Positions 39,094 to 49,829 of a stretch of 64,000 bases of DNA are shown here, one piece after another (position 1 is the first letter of the stretch; every line of letters starts with the position of its first letter). The stretch lies in NCBI GenBank assembly GCA_004764695.1, contig SMSO01000014.1, positions 1,111,648 through 1,175,647 of the forward strand, read 5' to 3'. The position numbers were made by a program, and so were the translations under genes. Origin of the DNA: Schizochytrium sp. TIO01 (taxonomy: Eukaryota; Protista; Bigyra: Labyrinthulomycetes). The notes beneath the pieces are model-generated. The model saw only the letters and a program-made list of their open reading frames with translations. It did no database searches and was not told where the DNA came from.

Positions 39094-40100
39094 ATGGAGC
39101 ACGCGCATTTGAAATTCTGGACACGCATGGCCTTAGCAGTTGTATATTCCGTGGTAGGCGCGTAAAGAGTCTCGGAGGAGGAAGATTGCGTGTCCGAAAA
39201 GGGCTTGTGGAATAAAAGACGGTGGCAGGCAAAGTTCATTTGGCGCTCCAGACAAAGCTAGCTCGTTTCACGCTGGAGGGCGGAAGCTGCTGCTTTCGCG
39301 TGTCTCGGGGCCGTTTATAGGTCGCTGCAGAAGACTTTAACGCCACCTTTCAGCTTCACCCCTGTTCTCGCCTGGCTTGCGCGGAGGCATTGGGCATCCG
39401 GTCGGAGCCGCTTTTTTGAAAAACTTTCTTCTCAGTTTCCTTGCGATTCTGCCGTCTTTTTTGTTAAACCATCACTCTGCTTCCTTCCTCTCTGTCCAGA
39501 TATACTCCTCTCTGCGTCTCGTTTCCTGTCCTTCTGGCGCTCCAAACGCGCAGACCACGAGACCTCCTGTGGCAACGGGGGCCTGCTCCGCTGGCTGCTG
39601 CTCTACGTCAGCACCTCCTCCGATCTCAAGGGCCAACTCTATTTAGGTAGGCTTTTCCTCTTTCCTTGTCTCCCCTGTATTGAGGTCCTCCGCGCCACCA
39701 ACGCGCGCAGAGCAGAAGTATCGAGGAGAAGCGTTAGAGCCTGGTTGCTGGTGAAGGTGTGGCAAGTGACAAAGGTTACGAGCAAGGCGTTGGCGGCAGC
39801 GCAGAGCTGACCCAAGCTGAGCCTGAAATAAAGGGGCGAGTGTTGGTTGTTGCTGTGAAGAGTCCTCGTACGAGCAGTGCAGAACACAACGTTTCGTGAT
39901 CAGCAAATTGCGTTGCGGCTGATCATTGTTGGGCCAAATTGTTTGGCTGGTTGATTTGTACTAAGCCTTTGAAACTCCAGTGATCTTCGCCTGAATAGAT
40001 TTGGGATCTATTGCTTGATACGGTCCGTATCGCCCAGCGCGCGGAGCGCTGCTGCGACTGCAGACTATTGTAGAAGCAGAGTTTTGAACAAGCACAAGAT

Positions 40101-43100
40101 ATGCAGGAGGCCGTAAGCGAGGCCGTTGCTCAGCTGCGCAAGGGCGCCAGCGAGGTGACGTAAGTATTCATTTTTGGGATTAAATACGCCCTAGCGACAC
40201 TACAAGATAACGGGTGGCAGGTGATCGATCATCTGGTGGAAGAAAACTTATGATAGACTAACAGAACAACTGCGGCATAATTCCACACATTGTATGGCAA
40301 ATTCATGTGAGCAAAATACAGTCTCGAAGGCTGCAGCATTGATCAGGAGAATGCCAAAGTCTTGGCGGAAGCAATCCAGCAATCGACCACATTAACTTGT
40401 TTGTTGTAAGTGAGAATCGGGAGGTCTGTGCAGGTATTCAAGCGCACCAATGTATATACTAACTTGTTGAAATTTTGCTTTCGTCATCGCTCATTACATA
40501 TCTACAGTCTCAATGGGAACGACATTGAAGATGATGCTTGCGATGCATTGACTCACGGTTTTGCACATAACACTTCGCTCACAAACCTCAAGTAAGTTTT
40601 CAACACCTGATGAATTTTTTATTTGTAAGTTTCTTTTATACTAATTCTTTTGGTATCGTGGTTTCGTGATACTGGCAGTCTTTATGGCAATGGTGTGAGC
40701 ATCCAAGCTGCTCGAAGAATTGCAGATGTCCTCAGGCATAACTCGACATTGACAAGTCTAGTGTAAGTTCCTAATCGAATGCAGGCTGCAAATGTGAACT
40801 CTTATTTGGAATCCATGAAGCTGACATCATCCTCACGATTGCTGTACTCAATAGGCTTGACCGAAACAATATTAATGCGGAGGCTGCTACGTCTCTTGCC
40901 GAGGCACTTAAGGAGAACGATTCTTTGACGAGCTTAGAGTAAGTTTTGGTGTCTCTCCTCGATGCTGTTTGTTTTTACGTTTTGCTATTGTTCAGGTCCT
41001 AACGTAATGGTTCTTCAATATGAATTTTTCATTGTCACAGTCTTGAAGATAATGATATCGGGTCCGTAGGCGCCTCCTCACTTGCTGGGGCGCTTACACA
41101 TAATCATCTTCTACTCACGCTTGTGTAAGTTTTGATTTTTTTAGCATGCACCTTACACGTATGGTACTGACGATGTTCTTATATTTTTATCTCCGTATGC
41201 ATTTTGGAGACACAGACTTGATAGTAACAGTATTACTGCCGAAGGTGTGACTGCTCTCGCTGAAGCATTAAAACACAACACGAGCTTAACAACACTCGAG
41301 TAAGTTTACCACCAAGTTTCTGGTCTCGACGTCATTGTGGTTTCTGACATTATATGTGGTTTGAATACACTGGTTCATTTTGCTTAACAGTCTCGGAGCG
41401 AACACCACCAGTGATGCTGGCGCAATTGCCTTGGCAGATGCGTTGAAGCAGAATCGATCTCTCAAGACGCTAGTGTAAGTTTCCAAAGCCCAATCTCTTT
41501 AGAGTTCTCATGGATAACTAATAGGTCTCGTTATGATGCTTTATGTTTCATTTCTACAGACTCGACCGGAACAAAATTGGCATTCCTGGTGGCACTGCTC
41601 TTGCCGAAGCTCTAAAGCAAAACACTTCGTTGGCAAATTTGAAGTAAGTTTTTACAATATGGAAACACAAAACAGATTATTGTGCGAAGAAACTAACTCG
41701 AAAGTAAATTTCATTCTGGTGTGTAGCATTCGCGGTAATGCCATTGGAGTACCTGGGGCGATCGCCTTTTCTGAGGCCTTGAAGCAGAACACATCTCTCA
41801 CCAATCTGTTGTAAGTTTTTTATTGTTTTTTTTTTGCATTTCTTCAAATGTTGATTTACTAACTGCGTTTGTTCTGGTTTTGATTCTGTAACATAGCCTC
41901 TGGTCGAATAGCATCGGGGACACTGGAGCCTCAGCTCTTGCAGATGCTCTAAAGGTTAACCGGACGCTGACCAACCTATTGTAAGTTAAAATTGTATTGG
42001 TCAGATATTCTTGAATTGGTATCTTTACCACGATGTGTGATGAAATATGTCTAACAACAGAAACACAATTGAACTCTTGCAGTCTCTCGTGGAACCAGAT
42101 CACCGACGTAGGCGCCAAAAAGCTTGCAAGCGCGTTGAAGAGGAATAACGTGCTAACCAACCTTGAGTAAGTTCCAATAATACATTCTAGGCTTGATCTA
42201 AGCAAGGACGTATATGCTAACATTTAGCTTACCATAATATTCACAGTCTTGCATTTAATGAAGTCCGGGCAGAATACTATTCTAGAATTAACGCGTATCT
42301 TGAGCGTAATAAGCAGCACACCCTGAGTATCGAGGACGACTCATCAGGAAGCTCAGGGTCAGGTACTAGCTCGGAAGCACACAGCCACTTGAATGCGTTC
42401 TCGGACTCTGACATTCAACTTCTTGAAGGATGGAAGTCTCGTCAAGTTGGCAATCCATTGGCTAGTCTCACGAGGCCCGAAGAACTGTGTCAACAAATTG
42501 CAGAAAAGCGCACGGTCTTTGAGCGGATGCAAGATCAAATTCGCGATTCGCAGGTAGGGGATGTTGCACTTCGTGATGCCGTTCGCGCTGAGCTTATTCA
42601 ACTGTTGCGCGAGGCTCTCTCTATCAACCTTGAACAATGCATTGCACAGGCTAACCAGAAGTTGAATAACGAACTCCGTGCACGTGTCTCGAGACGTCTT
42701 CATGAATTGCATGCTGAGGGTAACGAAAGCCACGACGTGGCCTTTGAACACGTGCACGATGGAGTTGCTGCTGCTCTCCGTGTTATTTCGGAATGGAAGC
42801 AACGACACAACAACTCTTCTGGGTGGCCTGCCGAGTCAGATCGGAGTGATGAGACCATACTTTTAGACTCTGAAAAGTCTCCTGAGGCAAATGACCCTGT
42901 AGCAAACCAACCAGAAGACAGCCAAGACAGTGGCCATGATTCAGAGCCCCCTCGCACCGAACTGGAAGATGCCAACACTGTGTTCAAGCAGGGTGTTGCT
43001 ATCTTCCAAGGTGATGGAGTGTCTGGTGACGCGCCTTGGAAGGAGGTTCAAAAGGCATTGGCCCTTATTGACTCCTTCTACAAGCGCACCGTTGCTGCAC

Positions 43101-44986
43101 TGTTGCTGCGTTTGAGAACCTCGTTTGCAGATTTTCACAAACTTCTCAGCTTCATTGCTCAAGGTGCGACTCCACCTGACTCTTCATGTCTTGAAGAAAT
43201 GTTACGACAACTAAAGGTGGAGCGTCGCAAGCGTGATCGTCTTTGCTTGGACTTGAAAGATGTGAAGGAGGATATCTTTGATGCTGGCTCAGATGCTGAG
43301 CGGGATCGTCTTAACGCTAAGATTTGGGAACTCGAAGCCCAAGTCCGGGAGATTGATCTGCACAAACTTGACCGCAAGGCGCGTCAGGCACGTGCGCGCT
43401 TGCTCCGGGCTGCGCAAGATCATTACCCAGAGCTCTTGTGGGATCAGGACTGGTGTCGCAGGATTGGCATCTCAGATCAGGCGTTTCTGGAGGTTAGCTA
43501 CCTAGGCCTGTGGCTTGAGGGAACTCGTGCTGTGGACTTTGAGACTGTCCGCAGCCTGTCCTCTACAAATGGTAAAGTTGTTCTTGCTGTGAAGAATGCC
43601 CAAGGAGAAAATCTTGTTCTGAAAAAGTTTCCTCTGGCAGAAGAGCGTGGGAGCAGCCGATTTTGTCGACAGGTTGCCGCCCTTGCTGTTATAAACTCGG
43701 CACATGTCATTCGCATCACTGGCCTGTTTATTGACCATGACGAAAGTATCAGTCACGGTTGCATTCTCATGCCCTACTATCCTCAAGGGGACTTAGCTTC
43801 TTGGATTCTACAGAACGCTCATGCAGATGAAGAGACATGCAAACGTATCGCAATTGGCGTACTTTCGGGAATTCACGATCTGCATAAATGTGGTCATGTC
43901 CATTGCGATATTAAACCAGCCAATATTTTCTTAACGTCAAGTCTCTCGCCAGTGATTGGAGATTTTGACGGTGTACAGCAGGCTAACAGGACTATGACTC
44001 ATTCATTGCAAGTTACGTGGAACTACATTGCACCCGAGATTCGGTTTGGGGGTCTAGACAAGGTGAGCGAAAAGGTAGATTTGTACTCCGCGGGCGTTCT
44101 GCTCGAGGAATTGTTTCCTCGGCCACGCAAGTCTATGCGGCAGCTCATCATCAAGCTTAAAAGCGAAGATCCTGCGGAACGTCCCAGTGCGCTTGATGCA
44201 CTCCAGCACCGTGCGTTCAACACCAAACCTGTGAGACTTCGGTCGTGTATTATCTGCCTTGATAATCTACCAGCTCCACATGGTGTGACATGTCGTGGCA
44301 GCCACTTTGTCTGCAAAGATTGCGTCACTGGATCTGTGGAGGCTGCCTCGCTTCCTGAGACTTCTGTCAAGGTAACTAGGGATGGCACAATGCAGTGCAT
44401 GTCACCAAATTGTGATCATATCATTTCAGGTGCTGATATTGCTCGTCAGGTACCACAAGAGTCGTTCGACAAGCTTATCAAGATTGTGCGAGAGCATATG
44501 GAACGAGATGTTTCAATTTCCCAAGAACGTGAGGTTCAGCGAAGGGTTCAGGAGGCCCTTTTTATGGACGGTCTGAATAGAGATACCGAGAGGCACTTGC
44601 GTCACATTCAAGATCGCATTCTTTGCACATGTTGCCCTCGCTGTCATACAGTGTTTGATACGTTCAATGGTTGTTGCGCTCTCAAATGTAGCAACAGCCG
44701 TTGCAAATGTCGATTTTGTGCATGGTGTCTTGAGGACACTGGAAGTTCTACTCAGGCATGTCATAGACATGTTGCGGATTGTCCCAAGAACAATAGCAAG
44801 GAGCACGACCCTTATTTTCCAGCAAGCTTTGAGATTGTTCAGCAAGCTTGGATTCGCGTGCGTGCTGAGCGTTTGCTAGATTATTGGAAACGAGAGATCC
44901 AGACTGAGGAGCTTCAAAATGTTCTTCGTGAGCGCCTGGCGCCTTTGTTGACGCCAGATGTTGTAGGCGAAGGCTTCATACTATAA
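40101..44986 (+). CDS. LRR (RI/NLRC3-type, 11 full repeats plus cap) - helical/coiled coil - non-RD protein kinase - RING - Rcat/RING2-like protein; 13 exons, ~1240 aa
   Basis: Exons 40101-40159, 40322-40405, 40508-40591, 40679-40762, 40855-40938, 41041-41124, 41216-41299, 41391-41474, 41560-41643, 41727-41810, 41897-41980, 42083-42166, 42247-44986. The total is 3723 nt with an open frame, and all 12 donors are gtaagt with YAG acceptors. Kinase at ~43538-44218 (VLKK, HCDIKPANIF, GDFD, YIAPE, DLYSAG); C3HC4 RING at 44246-44413; CPRC..GCCALKC..C..FCAWC..H..C at 44633-44782. Confidence 0.92.
40322..42166 (+). repeat. Array of eleven 84-nt single-LRR exons separated by 83-102 nt phase-2 introns
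   Basis: Each exon encodes LxxNxIxxxGAxxLAxALxxNxxLxxL(x), e.g. LDRNNINAEAATSLAEALKENDSLTSL and LWSNSIGDTGASALADALKVNRTLTNL. Confidence 0.93.
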
Positions 44987-45768
44987 ACTTGTGTAAAACA
45001 AATTTAATTATGTAGGTAGTTGTTGATATGATTTAATAATATTCACTAAACCTTTTTTCTTTTGTCGTCATTTTTTTATTATTAAATTGGTATGTGTCTT
45101 TTGGGGGTCATTTGTAATGCTAGGTATGAGTTTTCTCTCTTTTAAAAAAAATCCAGGTATGTAGCTTTGAAAGTGTTTCCAGAGAGAAACGCGAGTAACA
45201 ATACAAATGACCATCAAACGTCCTTACCTTTTATTACAGAAAATACAAACACGGAATTCACGACCCTCGCACATAGCATTAGAAAGAAAAAGAAATGCGT
45301 CACGCAGCCCATGATGCTAATGAACTAGTGCTATCAACATTGACATTACTTGACGCATTTGAAAACATGTTCACCTTAGTGTTGGTATCTCAATTTTTTT
45401 AATATTTGAATTGCTCTATTCGATTTCAACCAGCAGCGATCGATTACCTGAGCTTGAATTCTCTGTTTTATCGATGACTTTTTGCGAAATAAAAAAAGAT
45501 CGCATTGTCCTATATGAAACATTTAGATTTTGGTGCTTTTTACATGGTCAATAAAGGACACTATTTTCATGTAGATAGAAACTATAGGTAAAGTCATGCA
45601 AAAGCTTTATAGTTTTCGAAAAAGCAAAACAAAACCAAACCTCTTTATCTATATACTAATTCTCATTTCTCTCTACAGTTGAGCGATTTAAATGTTTCGC
45701 CACAATATTCAAGCTGAAAATCGTTCATAACTTTTGGATGAACTTATTTATAAAATTCAAGGATAAGT

Positions 45769-46172
45769 AAGGGAGAACAAAAAGGATGACGACAGGCGAA
45801 CCAAGAGAATAAAACCACGCACGCATATTTAAGAAAGTCCTTTCCATAGCATAGAGCTTAAGATAACACATTTATTTTTGCAAATTCCAAAGATATTCAA
45901 GTTAAAGGAGGTCAGAAAGGCTAATCAGTCAAAGTCACGTGCATCTATGCTCAAACAAGAGGTTTATTCTACATAGCGTAGAGATCCAAATCAGACAAAT
46001 ACTGATGAGACAATTTCTTCTTCTAAATTTATAGGGCAAGTAAATCAAGGGAGGACAGAAAGAATGACAAGGTAAAAAATCACGCACAAATGTTCAAGAA
46101 AACCTTTTTCCATAGCGCAGTGAGCTGACGGTGAGCATTTGATGATCAGATAATTTTTTCGTTCAAGGAGGT
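45769..46172. repeat. Diverged direct duplication (~130-140 bp units at 45769-45912 and 46047-46172)
   Basis: Shared blocks: aagggagaacaaaaaggatgac / aagggaggacagaaagaatgac; cacgcac..aagaaa..tttccatagc..gagct; aaggaggt. Confidence 0.7.
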
Positions 46173-46455
46173 GTGTGTAGGGAGGAGGGAAGGTTGTGAA
46201 CAAATTTACAATTACTTTGTTTCCTTAGATCTGGAGTTCAAAATCATATCTCTCAAACCACTTCTGCAAGTAAGCAAGGCGTTATCAATCAAGAAAAAGG
46301 TAAAGTTCTATGAAGGAAAAAAGCAGTAGCTTGTAAAGATGTAAATGGGGGATGTATAGGGATAAATGGGTGAGGAAATCGCAGAAAAGCACAAAAGAGT
46401 CAATGCATAAAGTTATGCTTGATTCAAAGAGACAGGACCATTAAATCCTTCACGC

Positions 46456-46791
46456 CTATTTTTTCATGGTGGGCTGGAGAATGGGGGAGTCCTTGAGGGA
46501 TTCCATGAGCTCAATCTCGTCCTTGGCCTGGAGCAAAAGCTCCTCAATCTGGCCACAGTCAATCTCCTTCTCGATCTGCTCCTCATCCTCGTACTTCTCC
46601 ACAACGCTGAGGCGGTAGTTGGTGATCTGCTCCATGCTCTCACGGTATGGCACGCCAGACGGGATGGTCTTGAGCTTGTCAAGAGTCTCCTTGTAGGTCT
46701 CAATCAGCACCTGGCGAGCATTCTCCACCACGGGCACGCCCACAATACCAGTGGACCGCTTGGCGGCCATGAGCACACGAGAGGCGAGCAT
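46456..46791 (-). CDS. NDUFA5: NADH dehydrogenase (ubiquinone) 1 alpha subcomplex subunit 5 (B13)
   Basis: STGIVGVPV..AR..L...Y..TL..L..IP....YR...EQIT..RL..V......IE..IDCGQIEELL.QA.DE; ATG at 46791. Confidence 0.95.
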   Translation of the reverse strand: MLASRVLMAAKRSTGIVGVPVVENARQVLIETYKETLDKLKTIPSGVPYRESMEQITNYRLSVVEKYEDEEQIEKEIDCGQIEELLLQAKDEIELMESLKDSPILQPTMKK

Positions 46792-49754
46792 TTTGTCTGG
46801 TTTTCTCACAGAAACTATACCTTACCTCCAAATCACCACCCTGGTACCTCTCGTCAAGCCCAACTTTCCACGCCGACGTATCCACCTTTGCGCAGCAGCC
46901 CTTCGCCACGCACTCAATCGCTTCTACTCCTCCTGCTGCTCCTCTTCTCCTCACGTCCTCTCTCTTTCTCCCTTCCTCTCCTTATTACTCCTATCATTTA
47001 ATTTAACTATTCTCTCCCTTAGACATTCCTTCATATATCATTCATCTCTTCCCCGCCCTATTCTCACACCTAATACATACATACAGAAATGAATAATATA
47101 CATACATACATACATACAAACATACATTCACCTGTACGATTTACAGATAATATTCATACGTGCACGAGTGAAAGTATTTATTTAGGACTACACATCACAG
47201 TATTTTTATGCACTTTGCTTCTTCAGCAATGAATCAATGATTGAATGAATCAATGAATGAGTAGATGAATAGATGAATGAGTAATCGAGCACAAATACAG
47301 TGAGCGCACGATAAACCATCACACTCATTATGTATTTATTTATTATTCACGCATTGTCTCTGCATACCCTGCCTCTACCTTAAATACCCACCTTATATTC
47401 GCTTCAGGGCAGCAGCAGCCAAACCTAACCGAGCCGCAGCCAAACCTAACCGGCTAGCGTGGCAGCTGTTCTTTGGTGGTGTTCTACTGTAGCGGAGGAG
47501 TCGAAGAACACCTCTGCGGCAGCGGAAGGGGAATGCGGGGAACTGGCAGGGGCCAGGCTTTAGGAGAGTGATACGAAGGCCAACGCGGTAACTCAACAGG
47601 CTGAATTTTGAGAAAAAAACTTGACACCAAGGTGCGCAGGGTGCGCAGACATGAGAACGTGGATTTAGGTTGTGATGGATGGAGTGGAGAAGGTTTGGTT
47701 GACGACAAGGAGGATTGCTTAATGATTGCCTCCTTGATGTGTTTGTTTTCTAAAAGACGTTTGCTTTTAAATTCAAGCTTCCTCAAGATTGATAAATCCC
47801 GGTCTTTTTACCAAGGCTTGGACTGTGTCGAAATCAACCTAAACTTTATTTAGCCTCATTTGCTGCGATAGAGTCAATTATAAACTAGATTCAAGGTTAT
47901 CATATGTTCATATGTGTCTTTTCAGTCACAATTACAAATTCCACCGGAAGTTGCTAGCTCATCAAGAAAATTTAACTAGATAGGAGCTTGAGTACTTCAT
48001 CAGATCAGTTCAGTGACTGGAGCTGTGTTCTATACGAGGGTTTAAATATAGAAATGACCTGGATTTCCGGCACAAGACGATGTGTAAACTGTTTGAAAAT
48101 ACCTTATGAGAAACAGTATTGCATGAGGGATGCTTTCGGATCGTTCATCTGGCCCTTGCCTGTGACATCTTCAACCAGTTCTTGAAAAAAGCATCACCGT
48201 GAGAGGATGGGGAGATTAGGATCTTGCTTGAGTGAGTCCAACAATATTCGTTTTCTTCAATAGGGCCTTTCCAGATGGCTTAAATCTTCGATAATTTATC
48301 CTGCGATAATCACTGAGCAGATATATTCTCTCCACTAAATGCTAAGTCATTCGATTTGACTTGGAGCTGAAGAACGTGCACCGTCTTCGATCACAGCTCG
48401 GGTATCATAAGACCTACACCGGCGACATTGGGAAAAGATACGAATTGGTGACAAGTTTTAGATGATCTCATCGACTGCGTTGTAAATTAAAATCCAATCC
48501 CTATATGCTCTCAAATCTACCAAAGTTGAGCCCTACAACTTAGATATTCCATTAACTCATATGCTTAGGTCTCGGGACTACGAAGCCCCAGAGTGCACAT
48601 TATGTAATCTGTGCCTGCTCGATTAATCGGTCGATACCTATGCACACGCAAATTCAATTAAGACATGAACATCTAAATTGGACATGGTTTTGGCTATCGA
48701 TTTTGATGGCTAATCTTCAAGATCCCAAGTCCCAGTTTTTGCAGTGTTACAACATTTACTTCGAAGATGCCCATGCATACTTAGTAGTCCTATTGTCGCC
48801 ATGATCTGCTACGTCAGGTCTATGACGCAGATCTGCGCCGCGTTTATGGTTTATGTCCGCCCGAGAATAATTTTCTTTCCGTACTTCCTACATAGGAAAA
48901 TACTATATGGGTGCCTTACTTCATCTTACTTACCAGCAAATTCACAGAGTACCTATATCCTTTTAAAAAATAATATTTTAAAATATGAGAAAAAAACGTA
49001 TCTAACAAAAGGCAGACTGATATTCACGCGCTCAAAATAGATAGCCAAATCGTTATCCACAAGTTCTCGAGTTGCTGCTTTGCGCGTGTCTTTGAAGGCA
49101 GTGTATAGCACTGGTGGAGCTTTGTTCCTTCCTGGCTTCTTGTCTTCAACTTGCTTCATTTCCCTTACATTGCTTCCTCCTCTATCCCTCAAGCCTCGAG
49201 CCTCAAGCCTCAAGCCGAGTGTTTCTTGGGCATGAATGAACGATTGCAATTTAGCTTTGCCAATTAGTGGTACCTGTACTTCCTATTCGGCCCTAGTCCC
49301 CTTCGCTCCTCGTCTTCTTCACTATTTTTCATATCCTAGCTTTCACTAGCTATTGCCATTTATTTATTTATTTATGAGACTTTTCGCTTCAAGTTTATTT
49401 TATCTCCCCAAACAATCATACTTTCAATGCAATAAACTTTAACTTTTGGTTTTTTATTTTAAAGAAAAGGTTTAAAAAGGATACCGATGACCCACTCGCA
49501 CAAACGCATCCTCATCATCAGCCAACTTGAACCCACTCGAAGCCTCATAATAGCCACCCTCCCAGAGCGACCTAGAGGCCGAAAACCCTCGCAAGATTCG
49601 AAGCAACGCCACTCTATGGCCTGTTTGGACAAGTTCCCGGCATCGTCTTCGGCATTGCACAAAGTTTCTTTCCAACGAAGGAACTTGTTTGCGACCGTCA
49701 TCGCTCAATCGTTCATCTTTCTCATTACATGACCAACACACGTGCGATTTTGAC

Positions 49755-49829
49755 ATGAATGAATGATTGAATGAATGAGAATGAATGAATAATGAATGAA
49801 TGAATGAAATGAATGAATGAATGAATGAA
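49755..49829. repeat. Imperfect (TGAA)n microsatellite
   Basis: Direct reading. Confidence 0.9.

Noticed and set aside
38329-39108. 259-aa minus-strand ORF
   Set aside because: No recognisable domain, atypical composition, lies in a GC-richer block and overlaps the motif array; cannot be supported as a gene.
40160-42246. Periodic ~170-185 bp pattern as a CRISPR-like or satellite array
   Set aside because: The periodicity is explained by 84-nt coding exons plus spliceosomal introns; there are no identical direct repeats.
42389-44986. 865-aa ORF as a stand-alone kinase-RING gene
   Set aside because: It starts at TTG. The frame is open back to the acceptor at 42246/42247, where it continues the LRR pattern, so it is the last exon of the 13-exon gene.
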